Shown here: positions 17,463 through 27,130 of the stretch, piece after piece | How positions within the stretch are numbered: the first letter of the stretch is position 1 | Layout of the letters: each line of letters begins with the position of its first letter | Assembly (NCBI GenBank): GCA_043806955.1 | Contig: JAZDGK010000066.1 | Coordinates: forward strand, 1-54,287 | Length of the DNA stretch: 54,287 nt | Reading direction: 5' to 3' | From: Pseudomonadota bacterium | GTDB lineage: Bacteria > Desulfobacterota > QYQD01 > JAZDGK01 | The notes under the pieces: generated by a model | The model's database searches: none | The model's input: the letters and a program-made list of their open reading frames with translations, nothing else | What the model was told of the DNA's origin: nothing | Made by a program: the position numbers and the translations under genes

Positions 17463-17957
17463 CTTTTCCTCCCACGAACAAGGCTTCAGCCGCCAGCAAG
17501 TTTGTTTGTAATTGATCGTATATCAAAAAGATCAGGATGAGTCTACACAGAGTTTTGCAGAAGCCTCCATGTTTCATTTCTTCTGACTCCTGACTCCCGA
17601 CTTCCAACCACACCTCATCGTGGCCATTGACATCAGGAAGGGGCTTTTTTGGATCCATACTTCTGCAAGATATGTGACCGACCAAGCAACGAAGAAGACA
17701 GCCCAAGAGACCAGCAGGATGTGACAGTTATTTTGTGACGCACCCTAAGCAAGCCCTAATAGTATTTTCAATCAGAAGAATGAAGGGAAGCAAGCAGAAA
17801 TCCCTGCTTTGGACGAAGAACCGGACCGGATATCTTCTGCAATTCCCGCGCAATCTTGCCTGTTGCAAGTTTGGGCCGAAATGTTATAAGTACTGGATGG
17901 GACTAATTTATTAGTCCCTGTTCTTTCGTATTTTTTGAAATTGTTTTGGGACCGGAA

Positions 17958-19754
17958 ATGCCTCAGATTAGAAACTTCAGTATAATCGCACACATTGATC
18001 ATGGGAAATCCACCCTTGCAGACCGTCTAATTCAACTGGGAGGCCTGGTCTCAGATAGAGATTTTCGGGACCAGATACTTGACAACATGGATATTGAGCG
18101 CGAGCGCGGGATCACCATAAAAAGCCAGACGGTGACACTCCCTTACACAAGCAAAAAGGGAGAGAGATTTGACCTCAATCTTATCGATACGCCCGGGCAT
18201 GTTGACTTTTCCTACGAAGTATCCCGCGCTCTGGCCTCATGCGAAGGGGTGCTTCTTCTGGTTGATGCTTCGCAGGGAGTGCAAGCGCAGACCCTCGCCA
18301 ATCTGTACGCAGCTATGGAGCATAACCTCGTCGTAATCCCCGTGATCAACAAAATCGATCTCCCTTCAGCCGACATCGATCGCACAAAGGAACAGATCGA
18401 AAATGAGCTCGGGCTGGACGCCGACACTGCAATCCTTTGCTCGGCAAAAGAGGGGACAGGGATTGAAGACGTACTCGAGGCCGTTGTGGAACATATTCCA
18501 GCGCCTTCCGGGAAGGCCGATAATCCCCTTTCTGCTTTAATTTTCGATGCACGGTACGACTCTTTTAGAGGGACTATCGTGAGCTGCCGTGTTTTTGACG
18601 GCACTGTCCGGCCCGGGAATGTAATTCGCATGATGTTCAACAACACGGTTTACAAGGTCGAAGAGGTCGGGATCTTTCGGCTGAATAGAGAGCCCAAACC
18701 GGAGATCTCGGCGGGATCGGTCGGGTATATTATCGCCGGGATCAAGACAGTCAGCGATACAAGAATAGGCGATACCATCACCCTCGATTCTGATCCCGTA
18801 CTCAGCCCCCTGCCCGGATTCAAAGAGGTTAAACCGGTAGTCTTTTCATCCATTTATCCAATTTCTGCAGATGATTACCTGTCGCTTGTTGATGCCCTTG
18901 AAAAATACAAGTTGAATGACGCGGCTCTGGTCTATCAAAAGGATTCGTCTTCCGCGCTCGGGCAGGGTTTCAGGTGTGGATTCCTCGGGTTACTCCATTT
19001 AGAGATTGTACAGGAGCGTCTCGAACGCGAATTCGGGCAGTCGATCATTATGACCGTTCCGAGCGTTAGATATCGTTTCACGTTAGATGGCGATACCACG
19101 GCCGTTATTGACAATCCACAATACTATCCCGATCCCGCCAAGATCAAACAGACCGAGGAACCTTTCATAAGGGCGAGCATATTAACACCGGAACGTTACG
19201 TCGGCGCAATAATGAAACTTTGCGTCGAACGTAGAGGCGTCAATTCCCGTTTTGTTTATCCCACTCCCGGCCGGGTTGAACTGATCTTTGACATGCCTCT
19301 GGCTGAGGTGGTATTTGATTTTTACGACAGGCTGAAGACGGTAACCCAGGGATACGGCTCTTTCGACTATGAACTGCTGGATTACCGGGAGAGTGATCTT
19401 GTAAAACTCGACATCCTGGTAAATGGCGACAAGGTGGACGCCCTCTCGGTAATAGTCCACCAGGACCGTGCCAGGGACATGGGCGTTCGCATCTGTGACA
19501 GGTTAAAGAAAGAAATACCCAAGCATCAGTTTAAAATTGCCATTCAAGGGGCAATCGGCGGCAAAATCGTTTCCCGGTCCACTATTTCAGCCTTTCGAAA
19601 GGACGTCACGGCAAAGTGTTATGGCGGTGATATAACCCGGAAAAGAAAGCTCCTGGAAAAGCAGAAAGAAGGCAAGAAGCGGATGAAAATGGTCGGGTCG
19701 GTTATGATCCCCCAGGGCGCTTTCGTAGCCGTACTGAAAACAGAAGACGAGTGA
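17958..19754 (+). CDS. lepA: elongation factor 4
   Basis: IRNFSIIAHIDHGKSTLADRL, DTPGHVDF and NKIDL motifs, plus the LepA C-terminal domain. Confidence 0.95.
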   Translation: MPQIRNFSIIAHIDHGKSTLADRLIQLGGLVSDRDFRDQILDNMDIERERGITIKSQTVTLPYTSKKGERFDLNLIDTPGHVDFSYEVSRALASCEGVLLLVDASQGVQAQTLANLYAAMEHNLVVIPVINKIDLPSADIDRTKEQIENELGLDADTAILCSAKEGTGIEDVLEAVVEHIPAPSGKADNPLSALIFDARYDSFRGTIVSCRVFDGTVRPGNVIRMMFNNTVYKVEEVGIFRLNREPKPEISAGSVGYIIAGIKTVSDTRIGDTITLDSDPVLSPLPGFKEVKPVVFSSIYPISADDYLSLVDALEKYKLNDAALVYQKDSSSALGQGFRCGFLGLLHLEIVQERLEREFGQSIIMTVPSVRYRFTLDGDTTAVIDNPQYYPDPAKIKQTEEPFIRASILTPERYVGAIMKLCVERRGVNSRFVYPTPGRVELIFDMPLAEVVFDFYDRLKTVTQGYGSFDYELLDYRESDLVKLDILVNGDKVDALSVIVHQDRARDMGVRICDRLKKEIPKHQFKIAIQGAIGGKIVSRSTISAFRKDVTAKCYGGDITRKRKLLEKQKEGKKRMKMVGSVMIPQGAFVAVLKTEDE

Positions 19755-19800
19755 ATTTGAGCCACAAAGGCACAAGGAAGAATACTATTTGCCTACTCTT

Positions 19801-19933
19801 GATGGATTCGTAAAAAGTCGTCACTCCGGTGAGAACCGGAGTCCAGGATCTTTGTAACTATTTGAATAGACTGGATTCCGGCTTCCGCCGGAATGACAAA
19901 AAGCAGCTCTTTCCGACTTTTTACGAGACCATC
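19801..19933 (+). repeat. RG family MITE-like element with 6-bp target-site duplication
   Basis: TIR gatggattcgtaaaaagtcg / cgactttttacgagaccatc. It is flanked by actctt at 19795-19800 and 19934-19939. Confidence 0.85.
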
Positions 19934-20040
19934 ACTCTTGGTGGCCTGATGGTTTTGAGTGTTCTTGGATAGATTTTCCTGAGTTCCTGTTTTCCTGATT
20001 CAAATATTTTTGGTCTTAATTCGCGTTCATTCGTAGTTGA

Positions 20041-20270
20041 GAGGGTGTCTAAAAACTCTCAATTTTGTTTCAAGGTCAAGGAAGGCGAGGATTCTAACCC
20101 TTGAAGGCTGGGATGCTGGGAGGCGAGAAGGCTGAGAGGCAATCCCGGCGGGTCAGCTTTCTGGCTTCGGCTTCCCAGCCTCCTGGCTTCCTAGCTTCCT
20201 GGCCTTCTGAGGATTAGAATCCGAGCCTGACGCAGAGATTGGACAAAAGGGAGAGTTTTTAGACACCCTC
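20041..20270. repeat. RF family palindromic MITE-like element (230 bp)
   Basis: TIR gagggtgtctaaaaactctc / gagagtttttagacaccctc. TGA lies on both flanks. A second copy lies at 46627-46833. Confidence 0.85.
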
Positions 20271-20277
20271 TGAGGTT

Positions 20278-21387
20278 ATGGATAGTCCCGGGCTCTACAT
20301 TCACGTTCCTTTTTGCCGGACGAAATGTCCGTACTGTGATTTCTATTCGGTCACATCCACGGGCCGCATATCCGCCTGGCTCGATGCGCTGGAGAAGGAG
20401 GCCATCCTCTACAAGGATGATTTTGATCCTTTTGATTCCCTGTATCTGGGGGGAGGAACTCCGAGTCTGCTCGGTCAAGCAGAGCTTACCAGGCTTGCAG
20501 GCGGTCTGTTTCGTACCCTGGCTTTTTCCCCGGATACGGAATTCACCATCGAAGCTAATCCCGACGATATCGATGCAGACAAGCCCGCAGTAATGCGTGA
20601 CCTTGGGATAAACCGGTTCAGCCTGGGTGCACAGTCCTTTAGTGAAAAGGATTTGCTCTACCTGAAGCGAAGGCATTCCGTGGGCCAGACGGAGAAAGCG
20701 CTCCGATCGATTCGGCGAGCCGGATTCAAAAACATTGGAATCGACCTGATTTACGGCTTCGAAGGTCAGACGGAGAAGCGCTGGATGGAGACTATGGCGC
20801 GGGTACTTGAGTTCGAGCCTGAGCATATATCATGTTATCAGATGACCTTCGAACCGGGCACACCGTTTACCAGAATGAACGAAAATGGTCGAATCAAACC
20901 ATTAGGTGCAAGCAGGGAAAGGGCTTTTTCCGTCCTCACTTCTCGTTTTCTGACCGAACACGGCTATATTCATTACGAAATATCAAACTATGCCCGAAGC
21001 GAAGAATTCCGTTCGCGTCATAACCAGAAATACTGGAACCATACGCCTTACCTTGGCCTTGGCCCTGCAGCGCATTCCTTCCGGAACGGCGAAAGATGGT
21101 GGAATCCCAGATCGGTCACTCGGTACTGCGAGGCCGTCCGGAATGGCCGCAGCCCGGTTGAGGCACGCGAAGTTCTTTCGCAGGAACAACTCCGGATGGA
21201 AACGGTCTTTCTCGGCTTTCGCACTCTCCGAGGCGTCGATTTGAAAGACCTTGGGCAGGATGCGGGAGTTCCGGCCATTCTCTCCCGTCTGAAGGCATCA
21301 AAACTGATAAAGGTCGAAGGAGAGAGGATTTACCCCACCCTGAAAGGGTTTCTGATCGCCGACAGCCTTCCGCTCCTATTCGCCTGA
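20278..21387 (+). CDS. hemW: radical SAM heme chaperone HemW (HemN-like)
   Basis: LYIHVPFCRTKCPYCDF radical SAM motif and HemN-like length (369 aa). The position after lepA is the usual synteny. Confidence 0.9.
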   Translation: MDSPGLYIHVPFCRTKCPYCDFYSVTSTGRISAWLDALEKEAILYKDDFDPFDSLYLGGGTPSLLGQAELTRLAGGLFRTLAFSPDTEFTIEANPDDIDADKPAVMRDLGINRFSLGAQSFSEKDLLYLKRRHSVGQTEKALRSIRRAGFKNIGIDLIYGFEGQTEKRWMETMARVLEFEPEHISCYQMTFEPGTPFTRMNENGRIKPLGASRERAFSVLTSRFLTEHGYIHYEISNYARSEEFRSRHNQKYWNHTPYLGLGPAAHSFRNGERWWNPRSVTRYCEAVRNGRSPVEAREVLSQEQLRMETVFLGFRTLRGVDLKDLGQDAGVPAILSRLKASKLIKVEGERIYPTLKGFLIADSLPLLFA

Positions 21388-21599
21388 CCTCGCGTTCGGC
21401 CGTTTCAGCAATTCTGCAATCTGCAGCTTTCCCGGCCCGCCGGAGGCCGGTTATACAGACGCTCAAAAAATAGTTTTTGACCGGATCGCTTTCTTAAGTT
21501 AGAATTATTCATTGACGATACATCTTTGTGGTCTGCCGGCCATCGCCTGTGGTCAGTTCCGGCACAGGATAAAACGGTTCTGGAACTCTTCGATCTTCA

Positions 21600-22820
21600 G
21601 TGATTGGCAGCATGGAGCACCTTATTCGATACATATGGCCGTCCATCAAGGATTCGCACGACGCCGGAGAGGCCGCCTTCCAGGGGGTCGCTGCCGCAGC
21701 AGCTTGTATACTACTGTCGTTCAGTGGGGCACACTCCAGTATCATAGGAATACCCCTTCTGGACCGGACGGGCGTATTCATGGTCGCCGATGCCGTTTTC
21801 TTTGCCGTAATAGCCTTAGGCATATACAGGATGTCCCGAGCCGCGGCTGTCGCAGGAGCTGCTTTTTTCCTGCTCGACAAGTCGATCGCGTTCGCGTCCT
21901 GCGGGCTCTTCCATAGTGTCGCGGCGGTAGCTGTGCTTTTCAGCTACATGAACTCCATAAGAGGAACATTCGCCTATCATATCTTTCAACCCAAACGAAA
22001 GACCGATTCTCGTCGCGGGCTGTCGACTATTATGAAGAGACTGGAATCCCATGCGTCCGGTCATCTGGTCCGGCTCAAAGCGGTCCTCAATTCGCGAATT
22101 CAGCTCCAAAGAATCGGGGCAATAGCACTCGCGCTGCTTGCCCCCTTAATTCTGATCACCAGTACGGTTGAAAACCATGACCAGCCGAAAATAAGTGAAC
22201 AACCACATTCTCCCAGGATGACAATGCAGCAGGCTCTCGACATGTGGATGAACAGCAGGGAGAAGCTGCCTCCTGATTGCCGTGAACTCGCGGATCTTGT
22301 ACAGACAAAGCTCTATTGGAACGAAATAAACGAAATCCACAAAGAGCTTCTGGATATAGAATCTCTCTCAAAAATGGCTGATAATCCGCTTATTCCGTTG
22401 CGTGAGGCCATAATGAACTCAGTCAACCGTTCTCTTTTTACCGCCGCCATCATGAATCTCGATTACGAACGAAAAAACAGAATACAAAGGAAACTGGCAT
22501 ATACCGACGACATGCTCGGGTTCGAGCATGTCTCAAATCTGTTCATCTATAATATCCTGCGTTTCTACTCTATGAAAAAGTACAATGATGGAGCTGCGGA
22601 AGACTGGTTTACGTTCTATGTAAAGACCGCCCACTCGAGTGTTATGACGAAAATAGCTGCTTTCAGCAGCGGCATGTCCAAAGCCGGACGTTCTACTGTT
22701 TTCTCAGGAACCCGGCAGCTTGTGGCACATCATATAAAAGAGAAGCTCCTCCACGCCCCTCCCGGAATGCCGTTCGGAAAGGAAGGGACCTCCGAGGTCA
22801 CCCATTCCGCACGGCTTTAG
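21600..22820 (+). CDS. hypothetical membrane protein with an unrecognised C-terminal soluble domain
   Basis: The N-terminal roughly 120 aa contain several hydrophobic helices, with one more TM near aa 180. I found no recognisable motifs. The start could be 21612. Confidence 0.55.
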   Translation: MIGSMEHLIRYIWPSIKDSHDAGEAAFQGVAAAAACILLSFSGAHSSIIGIPLLDRTGVFMVADAVFFAVIALGIYRMSRAAAVAGAAFFLLDKSIAFASCGLFHSVAAVAVLFSYMNSIRGTFAYHIFQPKRKTDSRRGLSTIMKRLESHASGHLVRLKAVLNSRIQLQRIGAIALALLAPLILITSTVENHDQPKISEQPHSPRMTMQQALDMWMNSREKLPPDCRELADLVQTKLYWNEINEIHKELLDIESLSKMADNPLIPLREAIMNSVNRSLFTAAIMNLDYERKNRIQRKLAYTDDMLGFEHVSNLFIYNILRFYSMKKYNDGAAEDWFTFYVKTAHSSVMTKIAAFSSGMSKAGRSTVFSGTRQLVAHHIKEKLLHAPPGMPFGKEGTSEVTHSARL

Positions 22821-22831
22821 GTATCCAGAAA

Positions 22832-23006
22832 ATGCTAGTATACCGTGCATAGGTCAATTCCCAATATCGAATGTCCAATGCTCAATGTCCAACGTCCAAT
22901 GTCCAAGGGACCCTCTCCTGGTTGGAAATTGGTTATTGAGCATTGATCATTGGACATTGATCCTAAGATGCTGGTATCGTGGAAGCCTCTAAGTCGGGCA
23001 GGCTCC
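22832..23006. repeat. RE family element plus RA right-end fragment
   Basis: gtccaatg-rich palindrome homologous to 42597-42744. It ends in ctaagtcgggcaggctcc, which is an RA terminus. Confidence 0.75.
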
Positions 23007-23226
23007 TGGACCGGCAAAGATGGGCGTCTTCATCACGAATCTTTTGTCGGGGTTGAAGAAACTCAAGAAACTCTTGCATTTTGCCGAACATAAGCTATAT
23101 AGAGTTTATAATAGATAAATCAAACAGTTCAACGATGAGATAGGTCCTGGGTGAAACCGGCCCGTCCCATACGTTGACACCAACTCAAAAAGGAAATCGT
23201 CAGATCCGGTTCATCCGGGTAGAATT

Positions 23227-24540
23227 ATGCATCCCGAGTCGATTGTACTGCCTCAATTCGTATCAAACCCTGCAGAAAACTTGCCCCCAAGGATCATTCC
23301 ACGGCCGGAACATCCCATATCACGCAAAGATATCGATCCGGACGCCCTCAAGGTACTCTACAGATTGAAACATCATGGATTCCTGGCATATCTGGTCGGC
23401 GGAAGTGTCAGGGATCTTTTCCTCGGGAAAAGACCAAAGGATTTCGACATAGCCACCGATGCCCGCCCAAGCCAGATTAAAGACCTTTTCGGTAACAGCC
23501 GTTTGATCGGCAAGAGATTCAGGCTGGTTCAGGTTGTTTTTCGAGGAGGCAAAGTAGTTGAGGTATCCACATTTCGGCGCCGTTCAGAGTTCGAAGAAGA
23601 GGAATGTGCACTGGCCAGTAATAACAGCTACGGCACTCCTTCCGAAGATGCCTGGCGCCGCGATCTTACCGTTAACGCCCTTTTTTACAATATAGAAGAC
23701 TTTTCCGTGGTGGACTACGTTGGAGGCGTGCAGGATCTCAAGGAAGGGATCATCAGAATAGTCGGAGACCCGGATATTCGTTTGGCCCGGGATCCAGGGC
23801 GTATTATCCGGGCACTGCGCCATGCGGCCCGTACAGGCTTTGTAATAGAAGAAAAGACCTTTAGAGCTATTGAAAAACATCGTGACGGCATTTGGCTCTG
23901 CCCGATATCAAGAATTCGCGATGAATGGCTCAAGGACTTCATGAGTGAGAGTGTTGCGCCGTGCATTCACCAGATGATCAAGACAAAGTTCCTCTATTCG
24001 CTCTTCCCCTTTTATGAGCCCGTTCTTCAACAGGAAAATAACGTCTCTTTCCTTTTGTCACTGCTTGCCAGAATGGATGAACTCCATTCTCAGGGAGTCC
24101 GCCTCGACGAGACCTTCAAATTTGCGTTGTTTCTTCTTCCGTGGTTCCACTTTTCCTATCCGGGAGACGCATCCGCTTCTAAGCCACTATCTCCGTGGTT
24201 TACCGAAGCAAAACGCCAGGCGGTGCATTCCGTTCTCGGCGCTATGGACATAAAAAGATCGGTTCGTGAGAATGCGGCTTACATTCTGGCGGCACAATCT
24301 GTCCTTTCGGACATAATCGACAAAGAAGAATTGCCTCATCGCCTCAGACCCCGCCGTTATCCGGTCGATGCGATAAAACTCTTCCTGCTGGCCTCGGAGG
24401 CCCGGGGGGTATCGTTCCCACCCGAATCGATATCGCTTTTGTACAGAGGGGCCCGGGGTTCACGGAAAGGCACCCCCATGCCCAGGCCGAAAAAAACCAG
24501 AAAGCGCTTCCGGCCAAAAAGAACCGATCCCGCAGAATAG
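23227..24540 (+). CDS. pcnB: poly(A) polymerase / tRNA nucleotidyltransferase family
   Basis: YLVGGSVRDLFLGKRPKDFDIATDA nucleotidyltransferase motif and a basic C-terminal tail. Confidence 0.85.
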   Translation: MHPESIVLPQFVSNPAENLPPRIIPRPEHPISRKDIDPDALKVLYRLKHHGFLAYLVGGSVRDLFLGKRPKDFDIATDARPSQIKDLFGNSRLIGKRFRLVQVVFRGGKVVEVSTFRRRSEFEEEECALASNNSYGTPSEDAWRRDLTVNALFYNIEDFSVVDYVGGVQDLKEGIIRIVGDPDIRLARDPGRIIRALRHAARTGFVIEEKTFRAIEKHRDGIWLCPISRIRDEWLKDFMSESVAPCIHQMIKTKFLYSLFPFYEPVLQQENNVSFLLSLLARMDELHSQGVRLDETFKFALFLLPWFHFSYPGDASASKPLSPWFTEAKRQAVHSVLGAMDIKRSVRENAAYILAAQSVLSDIIDKEELPHRLRPRRYPVDAIKLFLLASEARGVSFPPESISLLYRGARGSRKGTPMPRPKKTRKRFRPKRTDPAE

Positions 24541-24589
24541 CCCCTGCCATAAGCTCCTACTCAAGCCGGTTTTGTGCCCAATAAGAAAT

Positions 24590-24723
24590 GAATGTCGAAT
24601 ATCGAACAAGGAATTTCGATTTATGAAGTTCCCTGGTTATTCTCGTCCTTAACTTTAGGCACTTTAGGCACTTCTTTCATCATCCTTCGACATTCATCAT
24701 TCCTTGTTCGACATTCGACATTC
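24590..24723. repeat. RK palindromic element
   Basis: Arms are gaatgtcgaatatcgaacaaggaat / attccttgttcgacattcgacattc. It sits between the convergent pcnB and kdsB genes. Confidence 0.7.
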
Positions 24724-24760
24724 TTCGAGGGTGTCCCGAGATTCTCAGCCTTGTTCCAGG

Positions 24761-25579
24761 TCAAGGAAGGCGGGGATTGCAAGGGTGACCGGCCAATATC
24801 CTTTCTTTCACCCTCTCAAGGTCCGCCGGTGTATCTACCTCGATTGAATCATAGGGAGTAAGCACCGTCCTGATCCGGTAGCCGTGTTCAAGGGCGCGAA
24901 GCTGTTCAAGCTTCTCCGATCCCTCCCAGATGCCGACGGGGAGCTTCACAAATTTCGCGAGGAAGTCTTTCCGATAGGCGTAAAACCCAAGATGTTTGTA
25001 GTAGAACGGGAGATTTCCTTCCCCGCGGAAATAGGGAATCCTTGCCCGGGAAAAATAAAGAGCATCTCCGTTTTTATCAAACACGGTCTTTACATGGTTT
25101 GGATCATCCAGCTCTTCCGGCCGTATGATCCGGTAGATAAGTGTGGACATGGGAATGGCCGGGTCTTTCAAAAGAGGATCGACGAGGTCTTTTATTATTG
25201 CCGGCGGGAACAAGGGCTGGTCTCCCTGGATGTTTACCACTATATCCTGGTCGTTCAGTGCGAGTCTTTCCGCCGCTTCCGCAATACGGTCGGTTCCTGA
25301 AGGATGATCATCTCGGGTAATGACTGCTTCTCCTCCAAACGAAACGGTTGTTGAGAAGATGCGTTCATCATCGGTAGCGATGACGACTCTGGAGACATCA
25401 TTTGCCTCCTTTGCCCGCTCATATACATGCTGGATCATCGACTTCCCGAGAATGTCCGCCAGGGGTTTGCCGGGAAACCGTGAGGATTGATACCGGGCCG
25501 GAATAATAGCCACGATATTCGGAAAAGAATCGTTGCGAGTTGCGAGTTGCGAGTTGCGGGTTATATCATTTCTAGACAT
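24761..25579 (-). CDS. kdsB: 3-deoxy-manno-octulosonate cytidylyltransferase
   Basis: IVAIIPARYQSSRFPGKPL motif. The start is uncertain: the ATG at 25579 adds a leader that reads through a heptamer array, and a GTG giving MAIIPARY is possible. Confidence 0.85.
   Translation of the reverse strand: MSRNDITRNSQLATRNDSFPNIVAIIPARYQSSRFPGKPLADILGKSMIQHVYERAKEANDVSRVVIATDDERIFSTTVSFGGEAVITRDDHPSGTDRIAEAAERLALNDQDIVVNIQGDQPLFPPAIIKDLVDPLLKDPAIPMSTLIYRIIRPEELDDPNHVKTVFDKNGDALYFSRARIPYFRGEGNLPFYYKHLGFYAYRKDFLAKFVKLPVGIWEGSEKLEQLRALEHGYRIRTVLTPYDSIEVDTPADLERVKERILAGHPCNPRLP
25532..25562. repeat. heptamer tandem array (gttgcga)x4
   Basis: Direct reading of the sequence. It lies in the kdsB 5' region. 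Confidence 0.8.
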
Positions 25580-25761
25580 AGCCTGTCTGATCTTGTGGTC
25601 CAAATTCTTCTTATTCACCGCCCGCTCACCAGGAGCCTGTCGGACTTACCTGTCTGCGCGACCATTCGTCGCCGGCCGTCCGATTGTTCTTGCTTTCGTA
25701 TCCCTGCAAGAAAAACTCTTCTCGGCGTTCTCCGCGTGCTCGGCGGTAAATACTTTTCTGG

Positions 25762-26973
25762 TTATATCGCTTCGGCTGCTTTTTCAATAGCGCTTAGGAT
25801 CTGATTCATCCGGTCTTTTGAGATCTTTATCGGTATTTGGTAGACGAGACACCGGTCCATTATTTTTGCCGATTCGGGCAGCGCATCCGGCCGGTAACGA
25901 AGTTCACCCTCGGCACCTCCATGCTTGAACGGCCGGCCATTCTCGGCCAGTGTAGAACCCGCGAGAAGATGCTCCCACTTTGGGTAGTAGTGCCATGTAT
26001 TTTCAGAAAAATAGACGGCGCCGGCGCCGTTCTCTCTGAGCACTTTGTTGAATCTCTGAGTCTTCTCTGCATCCGGCAGGAAAAATGCGAGAAACGTTGC
26101 CGTATCGCCGGTCTCGTCCACCAGGCGCCGGAACGTTACGCCCTTGACTTTTTTCAGGGCCTTCTTGATACGGCTCTTATTCTTCTTCTGAAGGGCAATT
26201 ATTTTGTCCAGCTTTGCGAGCTGAGCCAGCCCGATCGCCCCCTGGAGCTCCATCATACGATAATTAAACCCTGTATAACTCCGGCCCTCACCCCCTCTGC
26301 CTCCGGGATTCGGCACGTGGTCATGGCCGTGATCATGGTATTCGCAGGCTTTCCGGTAAAGATCGGGATCGCCGGTAAGGACCATGCCCCCTTCACCGGT
26401 CGTTATCGTCTTTACGGGGTCGAATGAAAAGGTTCCCATCTCCCCGAACGTGCCCAGGAACTGCGTTCCTATCTTTCCCCCTGCGGCCTGAGCCGTATCT
26501 TCGATTACTTTCAGATTATGGCGCCGGGCAATCGCCGTAATCTCTTGTATTCGGGCCTGTGCACCGAGCATGTGTACCGGGATGACAGCCTTGGTTCGCG
26601 GAGTGATCTTCTTTTCCATATCCGCCGGGGCCATATTCAGTGTCTCGTCTATCTCCGCAAATACCGGGACTGCACCGGCGTCAAGTATTGCCTCCCAGGT
26701 AGCGACAAACGTGAATCCCTGGGTGATGACCTCATCGCCGGCGCCTATGCCCAGCGCAGCCATGGCCACTTTCAGGGCCGCAGTTCCGGAAGAAACTGCC
26801 AGGGCATGCCGTGCGTTACAATAACGCGCAAAAGCCTCTTCAAACTCCCGTACTTTGTAAATGCCTTTGCGCTCATTCGGAAACTCATAACGAAAAAGGA
26901 CGCCTGTCTTCAAGACATCCTCGATCTGTTTTCTTTCTTCCCTGCCGAATACCTCATACCCGGGCATTTTCAA
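25762..26973 (-). CDS. DegT/DnrJ/EryC1/StrS-family PLP aminotransferase
   Basis: 403 aa, with FSFDPVKTITTGEGG as the catalytic lysine region. Confidence 0.9.
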   Translation of the reverse strand: MKMPGYEVFGREERKQIEDVLKTGVLFRYEFPNERKGIYKVREFEEAFARYCNARHALAVSSGTAALKVAMAALGIGAGDEVITQGFTFVATWEAILDAGAVPVFAEIDETLNMAPADMEKKITPRTKAVIPVHMLGAQARIQEITAIARRHNLKVIEDTAQAAGGKIGTQFLGTFGEMGTFSFDPVKTITTGEGGMVLTGDPDLYRKACEYHDHGHDHVPNPGGRGGEGRSYTGFNYRMMELQGAIGLAQLAKLDKIIALQKKNKSRIKKALKKVKGVTFRRLVDETGDTATFLAFFLPDAEKTQRFNKVLRENGAGAVYFSENTWHYYPKWEHLLAGSTLAENGRPFKHGGAEGELRYRPDALPESAKIMDRCLVYQIPIKISKDRMNQILSAIEKAAEAI

Positions 26974-27088
26974 ACTCCTTTCCTGTAAAACGAGTTGTTC
27001 TCCTCACCACTCAGTACCTGAATCCCAAATCCGAAATGGGTACTCCCAACTTCCATCTTTTGGCCTTCCCCGCGTCTTTCTTTTTCCC

Positions 27089-27127
27089 ATTCCGAAATCC
27101 CAAATCCGCAATCCGCAATCCGCAATC
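27089..27127 (-). repeat. heptamer array (ccgcaat type) next to the ADH stop
   Basis: attccgaaatcccaaatccgcaatccgcaatccgcaatc ends 3 nt before the TGA at 27131-27133. Confidence 0.8.
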
Positions 27128-27130
27128 GAA

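Noticed and set aside
20191-20826. 211-aa minus-strand ORF opposite hemW and the RF element.
   Set aside because: It is antisense to a well-supported gene and begins inside a repeat. It has no recognisable motifs.
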